DNA from: a candidate division WWE3 bacterium
GTDB lineage: Bacteria; Patescibacteriota; WWE3; JAPLWK01
Assembly: GCA_026396615.1 (NCBI GenBank)
Contig: JAPLWK010000011.1
Coordinates: forward strand, 962 to 64,961
Length of the DNA: 64,000 bases
Reading direction: 5' to 3'
In this document: one piece after another, positions 1 through 8,858 of the stretch
Layout of the letters: every line of letters starts with the position of its first letter
Numbering within the stretch: the first letter of the stretch is position 1
The notes under the pieces: model-generated
What the model was told of the DNA's origin: nothing
The model's input: the letters and a program-made list of their open reading frames with translations, nothing else
The model's database searches: none
Translations under genes and position numbers: made by a program

Positions 1-3
1 ACT

Positions 4-1323
4 ATGATGGGTCTTAAATCAATACTTGGGAAAGTAGAAACCGCTTGCGTCGCCTTACTATTTGTGGTGACGCCTCTCATAGTCACCACTTTTACCTATG
101 AACTATTCGAATTCCCCAAAATGATTTTTGTTTATTTCGTCGGCGCCGCACTACTCGCTTCCAAACTGACGCAGATAATCATTGATGGACGATTACCTAA
201 AATCAATGTTGACCGAAAAATTGTCATTTTATTCGCCACATTCGTCATTATTAACGCAATTAGCGTGATGTTTTCACCTTTTAAATACACTGGTTTATGG
301 GGTTACTACAGCCGTTTTAGCGGCGGTCTGATATCAACATTTATATATTTTGGTGTTTTCTTAGTGCTGCTGACCTGGGAAAAGACGAAACTACTGGAAG
401 TTTTAAAGTGGCTCTTAATGTCATCCGTTCTCGTCGCCATTTACGGCATTGCCCAGCATTTTGGCCTGGAAAAAGACCGCTGGGTTCAAGACGTGACCGC
501 TCGAGTTTTTAGCAGCTTTGGCCAACCAAACTGGCTGGCCGCCTATAACGTTCTGATTATTCCTGTCACTTTTTACTTTAGCCTAATAATGAAGAGTCGA
601 CGTGACAAAGTAATCTTTTCGATAATTTTAATGTTAAATTTTGCCAGCCTCTGGTTTACTTTTTCCATGTCCGGCCTTGTCGCCCTCGTCGTCTCTGTAA
701 TCTTTATAATCCTACTCATGAACAACAAAGTCCGAGTGACTAACTGGAAACTTTTAACTGTTCAAGCTGCTTGTTGTTTGTTAATTGTTGTTTTACAACC
801 AGGCCTTGCAGCTGGTCGAATTAGCGACACTTTCAAAACCATCAAATCTAAGGTTTCTGTCGTCACCGCCGCCTACGCCGCTACGACTGACCTGCAAGTT
901 GGCGATACCGGCAATATTCGCTTAATAGTTTGGCAAGGAGTAATTAAAGCCGCCCTAAAAGATCCCAAGACTTTTTTGATTGGTAACGGCCCGGAAACCG
1001 TTGCTTATACCTTACTCCCCTATCGACCACTAGCTATGAACCAAACCTCGGAATGGGGCTTACTTTACAACAAGGCTCATAACTATTTCTTAGATTTACT
1101 TTTAAATACGGGAATCGCAGGTCTACTGGCTTACCTGTGTATAAACATTATAGCTATTATAACTGCTATAAAGACCAGAAACGACACACTGAAACTAGCC
1201 ATTGGTGCGGCCTTAATTGGCAATCTGATTACTAACTTCTTCGGCTGGCCGGTTGTTATGACTAGTTTAATTTTTGCTTTATATTTAGCGTTATTGGCAA
1301 AAAAAGATGAAAATATTATCTAA
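4..1323 (+). CDS. O-antigen ligase/polymerase (Wzy_C) family polytopic membrane protein
   Basis: 439-aa ORF with many hydrophobic helices. A large loop carries the ...NKAHNYFLDLLLNTGIAGL... motif typical of the Wzy_C family. Confidence 0.65.
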   Translation: MMGLKSILGKVETACVALLFVVTPLIVTTFTYELFEFPKMIFVYFVGAALLASKLTQIIIDGRLPKINVDRKIVILFATFVIINAISVMFSPFKYTGLWGYYSRFSGGLISTFIYFGVFLVLLTWEKTKLLEVLKWLLMSSVLVAIYGIAQHFGLEKDRWVQDVTARVFSSFGQPNWLAAYNVLIIPVTFYFSLIMKSRRDKVIFSIILMLNFASLWFTFSMSGLVALVVSVIFIILLMNNKVRVTNWKLLTVQAACCLLIVVLQPGLAAGRISDTFKTIKSKVSVVTAAYAATTDLQVGDTGNIRLIVWQGVIKAALKDPKTFLIGNGPETVAYTLLPYRPLAMNQTSEWGLLYNKAHNYFLDLLLNTGIAGLLAYLCINIIAIITAIKTRNDTLKLAIGAALIGNLITNFFGWPVVMTSLIFALYLALLAKKDENII

Positions 1324-1867
1324 ACTAAAATATCCCGGTATAATCGCTGTTTGGCTGGTGACGTTATACTTTATTTTTAGCGTCCTTAACATCTTTTTAG
1401 CGGATGTTTCTTTTTCCAAGGGTATAAATAACGGCAGCATTAAAGATTTAACTGACGCCACTAAACTTAATCCACGTGAGGAAACGTACCATCGTAATTT
1501 AGGACTGGCCTACGCTATTTTAACTAAAAATGAAACTGATCAGGACTTGAAACAAGCGCTTGTTACGTTAAGCGATCAAGAAATGCAAACAGCCGTTAAT
1601 TTAAACTCACAGAATTCATTGGTTTTAAAATCGGCCATTTCCGGTTATAACTATTTGGGGACGGTTAACAAAAGCTACTTCGATAAGGCTAAAAAGATTG
1701 CGACGGACCTAACAAAACTTTCGCCAACCGATCCGGAAGCCTGGTACCAACTGGCCACAGTAGAAGCTAAAATAGGAGATAAAACGCAAGCAGCGAAGGA
1801 TTATAAAAAGACCTTGGAATTGAAGAATGATTTAATATCGTTTCCAATTATTGAGTTGGGGTTGTAA
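1307..1867 (+). CDS. TPR-repeat protein with N-terminal membrane anchor
   Basis: The N-terminal hydrophobic helix is followed by repeated ~34-aa A/L/Y-rich helical units (e.g. AWYQLATVEAKIGDKTQAAKDYKKTLEL). Confidence 0.45.
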   Translation: MKILSKLKYPGIIAVWLVTLYFIFSVLNIFLADVSFSKGINNGSIKDLTDATKLNPREETYHRNLGLAYAILTKNETDQDLKQALVTLSDQEMQTAVNLNSQNSLVLKSAISGYNYLGTVNKSYFDKAKKIATDLTKLSPTDPEAWYQLATVEAKIGDKTQAAKDYKKTLELKNDLISFPIIELGL

Positions 1868-2966
1868 CAACGGGCGCCACGTAAGTAGCTGAAACCCAGC
1901 CGGTCGTGCCGTCAGGAAGTTTTATTTGCACCCAGCCGGTTTGTTCTGCCAATTTTGGGTAAGTTTGACCTACGGTAGCCTTGCCAATTTCAGTGCCGCT
2001 GGGGGAATTACGAACTCGTAAGTAAGTTGCTCCGGTCGGCAATATTTTGATTAAAGTTTCTGACGACGCGGGACCACTAGCCAGCTTTTGTAAACCTTTA
2101 AGGGCCAAGGCCGAAATAGTTTTTTCGGTGGGAGTACTTAAATATCCAACATTAGTAGCCGCCGGAACGCTGGTGGAAACTGTTTTTAGAGCCGTCCCTT
2201 CGCGATCAAATAAGTTACCGGAACTATCAACAAAATAATTTAACATCGCCGAGGGACTGGTTTCCCGCTCTCGCTGCCAGTAAGAAACCGCTTGGGCCCA
2301 AGCATGCGTATCGGCGGATAGGAGCGGACTAGACCCACTTAAATTAAAGACTTTTAGAGCGGCCGGACCGCCGGTTAGTTCTGTTAATGACGGTATAGGT
2401 AGCAAAAACAAGTGGCTGGAAACGCCCAAATGATAATTTTCGCGAGCGGCCAGGTTTAGGCTCCGACTTTGGTAATTATCGACCGACAATTTAACAATGT
2501 GCGCTCCCGGTTTAATATTAATCGACAGCGGGGTTTTTCCAACATCGGTCCCATCAATAGTTACGAGAACAGAACCGGGATCAGTAATAATCGACAACCC
2601 GGCCGCACCACTCACTTTATCCAACCACACATTGTCGGCTCCCGAAAATACGGAGCCTGTTCCTAAGTCCAAATTTAAGGCGGTTTCGGTACCGGGCGTA
2701 AAACTTAACTCCCCTTCCCAAGCGTTCTCCGAACTGGCCACTCTAACTTGAGCCTTTTTTGAAGTTATTCCGGTTTTTTTAAGCGGAGTGACCCCAAGGA
2801 GCTTCCCATTTAAATAAACTTGGGCAACAGTGTTACCGGTCGCGACCGACAAAGAACCACTGGCAAAGAGCATCGTTTGCGGTAGAACTTTTATGTAAAC
2901 AAAGACCCCCAGCGCCACCAGTAGTAATAAACTAAAAACAATTGCTATAATGCTCTTGGAATTCAT
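1848..2966 (-). CDS. secreted/membrane-anchored hypothetical protein with C-terminal SH3b-like domain
   Basis: The ORF as listed (to 3014) overlaps the tRNA-Cys. The internal Met (MNSKSIIAIVFSLLLLVALGVFVYI) gives a signal/anchor. The C-terminus GWVQIKLPDGTTGWVSATYV resembles bacterial SH3 domains. Confidence 0.45.
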   Translation of the reverse strand: MNSKSIIAIVFSLLLLVALGVFVYIKVLPQTMLFASGSLSVATGNTVAQVYLNGKLLGVTPLKKTGITSKKAQVRVASSENAWEGELSFTPGTETALNLDLGTGSVFSGADNVWLDKVSGAAGLSIITDPGSVLVTIDGTDVGKTPLSINIKPGAHIVKLSVDNYQSRSLNLAARENYHLGVSSHLFLLPIPSLTELTGGPAALKVFNLSGSSPLLSADTHAWAQAVSYWQRERETSPSAMLNYFVDSSGNLFDREGTALKTVSTSVPAATNVGYLSTPTEKTISALALKGLQKLASGPASSETLIKILPTGATYLRVRNSPSGTEIGKATVGQTYPKLAEQTGWVQIKLPDGTTGWVSATYVAPVVTTPTQ

Positions 2967-2988
2967 TGCTAAGATTATAGTACAACCT

Positions 2989-3062
<74 letters not shown>

Positions 3063-3289
3063 ATTAGAAACTCTTACGAACGAAGTGAGTTAGAGTTTCT
3101 TATGCCCTCCGTAGCCCCGAAGGGGCTTCGTAGGATTAAAACCATTAAACCTAAGTTATGCAGAAAAACTTGTAGAAATTCCCAAAAGTCAGGTTTTGGA
3201 GTCTATATACAACGCCGCTCGAAAATATTTAAGGCGGCGGAAGAGGGGGAGCAGGGGTGAATTCCGCCGCGGCCGCCGTCTTCTCCATG
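3063..3289. terminator. convergent intergenic region with GC-rich hairpins (probable bidirectional terminators)
   Basis: GTAGCCCCGAAGGGGCTTCGTAGG and GGCGGCGGAAG…CTTCCGCCGC stems lie between tRNA-Cys (+) and the 3' end of the 953-aa gene (-). Confidence 0.4.
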
Positions 3290-6151
3290 TTATGAATTAA
3301 TAAGTTCGTAAATGGGGTTTATTTCTTCTGGATTATAAGGATCAAGCTGAAGAAGTCGTTCGTAAAAACCTTCTCCATAAGTCTGATCGAAAACTATTTG
3401 AACATAATCTTCGGCTGCTTCGTTTCCAATTCTGGCATACATTAGATTATCAAAAGCTTTATCCCGATTTGGTAATCTTTCAATTAGCATCCGCAGTGCT
3501 ATCCCTATGTAATTTAAGTGCTCAGTTGGTCTATCCTCCGGCTTAAGCTCACCTGTAGAATACAAGTAGTTAGTGTAAGTTATTGACGCTAGGCCTTCCT
3601 CTAAAAACCGTCCTTGGAGTGACCCTTTTGGATCGTTCTCAAACCCACGCGCTAAGATTTGACTACCGTCGTTTTCTATTTCATGCATCCCAGTATTGTG
3701 AAACATCTCCTCGAAAATCAATTTAAAATTAAACTTGGGATCATCTTCAACCAACAAAGCGTAACCTGCTCTTAAGTCACTTCTATAAAGCCCACGACTT
3801 GGCCTGCTTGGATCATCCAGCTCTAATCTAGAGGCAGCGGCCTGGAATCGCTGTACAGACTTTGGTGGAACTATATAAATAGGATCCTCCTCGTAATCTT
3901 CTGCCACTGGAACATGTCTTCCCAAATATCGCCTGATGACATCTTTTTCTTGATCATAAAGTCCATTTTCGTACCCAAAAGCTTTCAACATTCCTATGTT
4001 TTGACTGAGCCACATCTCATGAATTTCGGATTCTGTGTAATGTGTGTCTTCCGGCTGCGGTTTTAATTTTAGCTCCTCCGGAAATACACCTGTCTGCTCA
4101 TATGGTAAATCCTCTTCGTGAGGTAAAACTAAAAAAGTTGGCTTGTAATCTTCTGGGGAAAGTCTTCTTTTAAAAGCTTTTACGGAATCGTTACCAACAA
4201 AATTTCCCAACTTACCTATTACTTGCCTCACTAGTCTAGTAGACAACCAATCTAAAGTCTCTTTATCAGTTAGCTCTTCTTGAGAGAAATCGAACTCACT
4301 AGCATATGGAGCTTCAGCCTTAACTTTTTGGATAAATTCCTGTGGGTCATTTTCGTTTTGTAGTCCTTCAGCATAAGGAGAATGCACCATCTTAGCTAAA
4401 GCTAACATTCTGTCCAGCCGCTCATTCCGAGTCGCCTCATCTGGCATATCTAAAAACTTTCGGGCCATTACTAACCAATGAATACCAACATCAATTTTTA
4501 AGGCGCCCTCAGGTAAAGTTATTGAGTCCGCCTTACCATCAATTAATGATTTATACATTCGAGAAAGTGCCCTGGGAGCCGGAAAACGAGTCCCAGCCAC
4601 ATAAAAGAAATCCTCACCGTAACCTTGAGCTAAATAATCCTGCTCGATACTAAGTACATGCCGACCATGAAGATTTTGGTAAGGATCTGCGGAAGCCTCG
4701 GTAGAATTTTGAAAATACGTTGATAGAGCATTAAAGGATAGTACTAAGCCGTCTTTCGTTAGTAGCACCTCATTAAATGATTGATCACGATTACCAAGAT
4801 ATTCTCTGAGCCCATCCGACCCTCCCTGGTAAATTCTCTCTACATCCTTAGGTTCTACATTGTATTTACCTTTTAACACTTGGGTCTCGATGGTATTTCT
4901 TTCGCGCGGCCCAAAAACTACTAAATCCACATCGCTCACCGGCAGCTCATCTTCTACTGGTAAACCTAATGCTATTTTAGTTACGACTCTTGCCAAACCT
5001 CCCTTAAAACCAACTTCACCGGTATCAGTTTTTTCCGGCAAAGGAAACTCAAAAGTACCTTTAGGTGAAGTGATAACCAATTTTTCACCAGTTATAAATA
5101 ATGTTGTAGCCCCAGAAGCCAGAGTATTTACCTGATCAGCTTCTAATTTCTCCATCGGAATTAACACTCCCTTATGATGCGGAACTTTTTGCTCACCTTC
5201 GATAAGCACCGACTGCTCATTTATCTGATACAGTACAAAATCGTAATTAATCGCCGCCGCAAGTAATGCCTCCGCGTTCGGGTTTTCGGCAGTCCCTTGA
5301 TTTGCAACATCCTGATGAACTACATGCAAACTATAGTCTAAGTATTGCACCAAAGGATTTATGTACTTCTCGCAAAAAATCCAACGCGGATCAGTCCCTC
5401 TTTTCTCACCTGTCATATCAAAGACTGTTTGACTAACAGCACTAAAACCATCCTGCATCGCCTGAGGATAATCCTTAACACTTTCAACGGCCTTTAATCG
5501 CTCGGTTACATTGGTAGTTAGTAGTTCTTCGAATAATCCTCGAATTTCTTGTCTCTCAGTACGATTCAAACCTCGGAAAACATCTCGATTTATTGGCGCC
5601 TCGATCTCTGGTGGTTTTTGATCCAGTTCCGGGGTTAAATAATCAAGACCTGAATCTTCGAGCATTCCAGCCATTCGAATCGAAGCATCCTTCCGATTTC
5701 CGAATGCTAAAAACTTTTTAGGACCAGTGGATTCAATCTTGTAAATATAGTATGGCCCAAAAAGTCTAACCAGATCAACATCTAATTTCTTTTCTTCCCT
5801 TAGTCTACTTAGCACTGCTTCATCAATAGGCTTTGGTGCAATTAGGGCTGGTTCGTAAAAAACACTATTTAGTTGGCCAACTTCTTGCGGCGTCATCCGA
5901 TCGGGGTAACTTACAGATTGAGGCTCACTGATGTTAACAGGACCACCGAGGTCACCCTCCTTAAAAAAAGCTGGGTGTGGTTCCTGAACTAAAACTAACA
6001 AAGGCCTACTAAGCTCCGGCAAAGTTTCAGGACCCGATTTTGTTTCAACTCTTTGAGTTTCTTGAAGAATCTCTGATGGGATGTTTGATTCCGGTGTCGA
6101 AGTTTCTGAGTTGAGCACAACAAAAGTATACAAAGGAACGCCAACCGCCAC
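3290..6151 (-). CDS. large (953 aa) hypothetical protein with central minimal nucleotidyltransferase (Pol-beta superfamily) motif
   Basis: Long uninterrupted ORF that starts at a GTG. Residues ~380-470 read FKGGLARVVTKIALGLPVEDELPVSDVDLVVFGP ... LLTKDGLV. This matches the hG[GS]x(9-20)[DE]h[DE]h signature of MNT/GlnE-like nucleotidyltransferases. The flanking ~380-aa and ~480-aa regions have no domains I recognise. Confidence 0.55.
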   Translation of the reverse strand: MAVGVPLYTFVVLNSETSTPESNIPSEILQETQRVETKSGPETLPELSRPLLVLVQEPHPAFFKEGDLGGPVNISEPQSVSYPDRMTPQEVGQLNSVFYEPALIAPKPIDEAVLSRLREEKKLDVDLVRLFGPYYIYKIESTGPKKFLAFGNRKDASIRMAGMLEDSGLDYLTPELDQKPPEIEAPINRDVFRGLNRTERQEIRGLFEELLTTNVTERLKAVESVKDYPQAMQDGFSAVSQTVFDMTGEKRGTDPRWIFCEKYINPLVQYLDYSLHVVHQDVANQGTAENPNAEALLAAAINYDFVLYQINEQSVLIEGEQKVPHHKGVLIPMEKLEADQVNTLASGATTLFITGEKLVITSPKGTFEFPLPEKTDTGEVGFKGGLARVVTKIALGLPVEDELPVSDVDLVVFGPRERNTIETQVLKGKYNVEPKDVERIYQGGSDGLREYLGNRDQSFNEVLLTKDGLVLSFNALSTYFQNSTEASADPYQNLHGRHVLSIEQDYLAQGYGEDFFYVAGTRFPAPRALSRMYKSLIDGKADSITLPEGALKIDVGIHWLVMARKFLDMPDEATRNERLDRMLALAKMVHSPYAEGLQNENDPQEFIQKVKAEAPYASEFDFSQEELTDKETLDWLSTRLVRQVIGKLGNFVGNDSVKAFKRRLSPEDYKPTFLVLPHEEDLPYEQTGVFPEELKLKPQPEDTHYTESEIHEMWLSQNIGMLKAFGYENGLYDQEKDVIRRYLGRHVPVAEDYEEDPIYIVPPKSVQRFQAAASRLELDDPSRPSRGLYRSDLRAGYALLVEDDPKFNFKLIFEEMFHNTGMHEIENDGSQILARGFENDPKGSLQGRFLEEGLASITYTNYLYSTGELKPEDRPTEHLNYIGIALRMLIERLPNRDKAFDNLMYARIGNEAAEDYVQIVFDQTYGEGFYERLLQLDPYNPEEINPIYELINS

Positions 6152-6339
6152 AAGAGTTAAACGTTTTTCTAACTACTCAAGAGGAAGTTTTATTTGCTTA
6201 GCAGCGGAGCGATGGTTTAGTACCTCTTCAATTTCGTACTCAGTTTTTATTCCAGAATCAGAAACCCATTGCTTTTCTCTTAATTTAACTTCGAATATAT
6301 CGTCCTTTGAAAAACTGTCTCTGTTTTCCTGAACACCAT

Positions 6340-7008
6340 CTAAAAATTTTCTATCTTTAACAACCGCATAGAAGAAAGAAATGTCGTTCTAGTTTCGTCT
6401 TTAAGCGGTTCGTCCTGAACATCTGGCGTTTTAAAATAATCTTTTTGATCAGTACTGATACTATTAATCTTCCCACCCTGTTCTGTTGCGAAAGTTTCTA
6501 TACCCTCTTTTGATAACGGTTCTGTTATTACTTTTTGAAGAGATGTTCTAATCTTTACACTTGCATATAAATCAATGACTTTTTCTTCTGTCACAATATT
6601 TTCTTCATCAACGTAAATTGTAGCCTTACCATTATCTTTAGTTATTTTCTTTATTTTCCTATTGCGTAATAGAACAAGAAGTCCAATTAGACCAGAACCA
6701 GGTAAACCAATAAACCCTAAAAGTCCTAATAAATTACATGCAGCACTTACGCTATCAGAGTTAAGGGCGGATATTAGATCGTGTAGCGGTTGTTGAATTA
6801 CTGAAAATTCAATCCCGAAAGATCCTGTTTTAAAAGATCCTTTAACATTAACCTGAACTTTACTCTTGTCGCCATAAACAATGGTATTCGCCTCATCGAG
6901 CATATCGCTAATAGCCAGAAGAGCCGGAGCTAAATCCCTAACGTCCATCTCATGAGACTGTAATATTGGGCCGTCGTAAATTACACTGAAATATTCCTTT
7001 TGGGGCAT
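6340..7008 (-). CDS. hypothetical membrane protein (central hydrophobic hairpin)
   Basis: 222-aa ORF with one long hydrophobic segment, AACNLLGLLGFIGLPGSGLIGLLVLL, between two soluble halves. It is co-oriented with the 953-aa gene and 188 nt upstream of it. Confidence 0.5.
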   Translation of the reverse strand: MPQKEYFSVIYDGPILQSHEMDVRDLAPALLAISDMLDEANTIVYGDKSKVQVNVKGSFKTGSFGIEFSVIQQPLHDLISALNSDSVSAACNLLGLLGFIGLPGSGLIGLLVLLRNRKIKKITKDNGKATIYVDEENIVTEEKVIDLYASVKIRTSLQKVITEPLSKEGIETFATEQGGKINSISTDQKDYFKTPDVQDEPLKDETRTTFLSSMRLLKIENF

Positions 7009-7046
7009 GCTAATAATCTAGTGGATATTTAAGTTGAGTTCAACAA

Positions 7047-7229
7047 CTACTTCCTCAATTGCTTTTTAAAGACGCCTTGGCCGTATTTAATCACTTGGCC
7101 AACTTTAGAAACCGTCGCTATACTCGTGCCAACTTTAGCCGCGATTTTGATATGCTGCGCCAAATCCTTGACCACACTTTCTACTGCATCTACAATCAAA
7201 CTCGTGAACGTCCAATCTCCCGATCCCAA
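7047..7229 (-). CDS. small hypothetical protein (60 aa)
   Basis: Short ORF co-oriented with, and 38 nt upstream of, the 6340..7008 gene. No recognisable motif. It may be spurious. Confidence 0.25.
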   Translation of the reverse strand: MGSGDWTFTSLIVDAVESVVKDLAQHIKIAAKVGTSIATVSKVGQVIKYGQGVFKKQLRK

Positions 7230-7236
7230 AATTTTA

Positions 7237-7875
7237 ATGGAAGATGGCTGGAAGGCCCGTGAGAATTACGAATTTAAGCAGTCAGAAAAACTTCTTACTG
7301 TGGCAAAAAGTCTTTTTGAAAAGCAGAAGGACTGGCAGAATGTTACCGAATGTTTAAACCATCTTGCATATCTTCGCCAAATGCAGGCTTTTGATCTTTT
7401 AGTTCAAGGCCGAAAGTTTGCCGCCGAATCACTAACCGTCGCCAGAAAAGAGTCCGTAGACCAAGCACTCCCCAATCGAGCCAACCAAACAATTCTTCGC
7501 TGGCTGGGAGAATTTGAACAAGCTGACGAGTTTGCTAAGGTGCTAGTTAATAGTATTAACACAAACTCAGCCGCTAGGGCGGAGGCCCGCGGAAGTTTAG
7601 CTCTTATTTTAATGCGTACGGGAAAAATTAATGAAGCGAAGAATGAGATTGAACTAGCTTTTAGAGAACTCGACGAAGGCTGGGAAAAGGAACGAATGCC
7701 GCACAAAATGATCTGGAAAACAAAACTTCTGATAATCGCTTCTCTTATTGATTATAATCTTGGTAACAAAAAGGACGCTAAAATTAGAGCCGCCAAGGCC
7801 CTAGCTCTATCCAAAGAGCACAATCTTAAAATGCGGTTGGCAGAGGCGGAAGAACTGCTAAAGCTATTTAGCTAG
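7237..7875 (+). CDS. TPR-like helical repeat protein
   Basis: The ORF track starts it at 7126, where it overlaps the 60-aa gene on the opposite strand. The internal Met (MEDGWKAREN...) removes the overlap. The sequence is helical and repeat-like (…AKALALSKEHNLKMRLAEAEELLKLF). Confidence 0.45.
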   Translation: MEDGWKARENYEFKQSEKLLTVAKSLFEKQKDWQNVTECLNHLAYLRQMQAFDLLVQGRKFAAESLTVARKESVDQALPNRANQTILRWLGEFEQADEFAKVLVNSINTNSAARAEARGSLALILMRTGKINEAKNEIELAFRELDEGWEKERMPHKMIWKTKLLIIASLIDYNLGNKKDAKIRAAKALALSKEHNLKMRLAEAEELLKLFS

Positions 7876-8849
7876 CTCGCCCAACTCACATTGGCCTTCG
7901 TCCACTCCAAAATCTTCTTTGTATCTCCAAAGCGATCGCTGCTACCAAGCACCACGACTATAAAATCGCGATCGCGGAGGTGGTAAGCAGTAACGAGACA
8001 TTGACCGGCTAAATCGGTGTTGCCAGTTTTAACACCAAAAACGCCAGGATAAACTCCTAAAAGCTCATTGGTGTTAACCAGTGACCGCATTAAGTTTGAA
8101 TTTTGACCGGGTACTAAATAAGTTTTGGTACCGACGACAGTCTTAAAAGTTTCATTTTGCAAAGCAGATTTGGCGATAACGGCTAAATCCCAAGCCGAAG
8201 CATTATTTTCTTTCCAAGAACCATCGTCAAACCCAATCGGATTCTCAAAGTGAGCATTAGCAATTCCTAAAGACTCGACGTAAGTATTCATAGCCGCAAC
8301 GAAGGCTGGTTGACCGCCTGGATAATTGGAGTAAACAGTGCAAGTAGCATCAGTATCGGAGACGAGGAGCATCGCATAAAGCAAATCTTTAAAAGAAATT
8401 TCTTCGCCGGGATAAAGTCCTGAATTATTGCCGTTTAAGCCAACACAACTTTTAGGCGTGATTAGTTTTTGATCTAAAGAATAAGTTTGCAGTCCCACCA
8501 TCGCCGTTACTATTTTAGTCGTTGAAGCCGGCTCGGTTTCGGCGGTTGCTTCCCGACCATATAGAACTTTTAAAGTCGCTAAATCGGCTACAATGACTTG
8601 CTTAGCCGAAATCGAAGCGGCATTAAAATCAGCCGCAATTTTAAACCGCGGCTCGACCGGTCGAATTAGTTCTTTGAATGACGGGATCGCTACCGGTTGG
8701 TTTTGAATGCCTTCGACCAATCCTTGCGTAATTTGATTCCCGCCAGTATTACGAATAATAATAACAGCAACTACAACCGCAGTTAAGCAAAAAGTTAAAG
8801 AGGAACGCCACCAAAAATCTGGGGATTTAGGAAGTTGAGTTTTTGGCAT
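7872..8849 (-). CDS. D-alanyl-D-alanine carboxypeptidase (serine-type, PBP5 family)
   Basis: N-terminal membrane anchor. SxxK active-site motif (PASTTKIVTAMV), and a probable KTG triad in 'GVKTGNT'. Confidence 0.75.
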   Translation of the reverse strand: MPKTQLPKSPDFWWRSSLTFCLTAVVVAVIIIRNTGGNQITQGLVEGIQNQPVAIPSFKELIRPVEPRFKIAADFNAASISAKQVIVADLATLKVLYGREATAETEPASTTKIVTAMVGLQTYSLDQKLITPKSCVGLNGNNSGLYPGEEISFKDLLYAMLLVSDTDATCTVYSNYPGGQPAFVAAMNTYVESLGIANAHFENPIGFDDGSWKENNASAWDLAVIAKSALQNETFKTVVGTKTYLVPGQNSNLMRSLVNTNELLGVYPGVFGVKTGNTDLAGQCLVTAYHLRDRDFIVVVLGSSDRFGDTKKILEWTKANVSWAS

Positions 8850-8858
8850 TATCTAATT

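Noticed and set aside
4860-5135. Antisense or embedded small ORFs inside large genes (e.g. 4860..5135, 2047..2238, 2469..2751, 26495..26719, 46629..46910, 57085..57465)
   Set aside because: Each lies wholly within, on the opposite strand or in an alternative frame of, a longer ORF with clear protein family signatures. There are no independent coding signals.
7126-7236. Upstream extension of the TPR-like ORF (start at 7126)
   Set aside because: The extension overlaps the 60-aa minus-strand ORF and encodes a Cys/Leu-rich segment that does not look like a protein N-terminus. The internal Met at 7237 was preferred. This is not certain.
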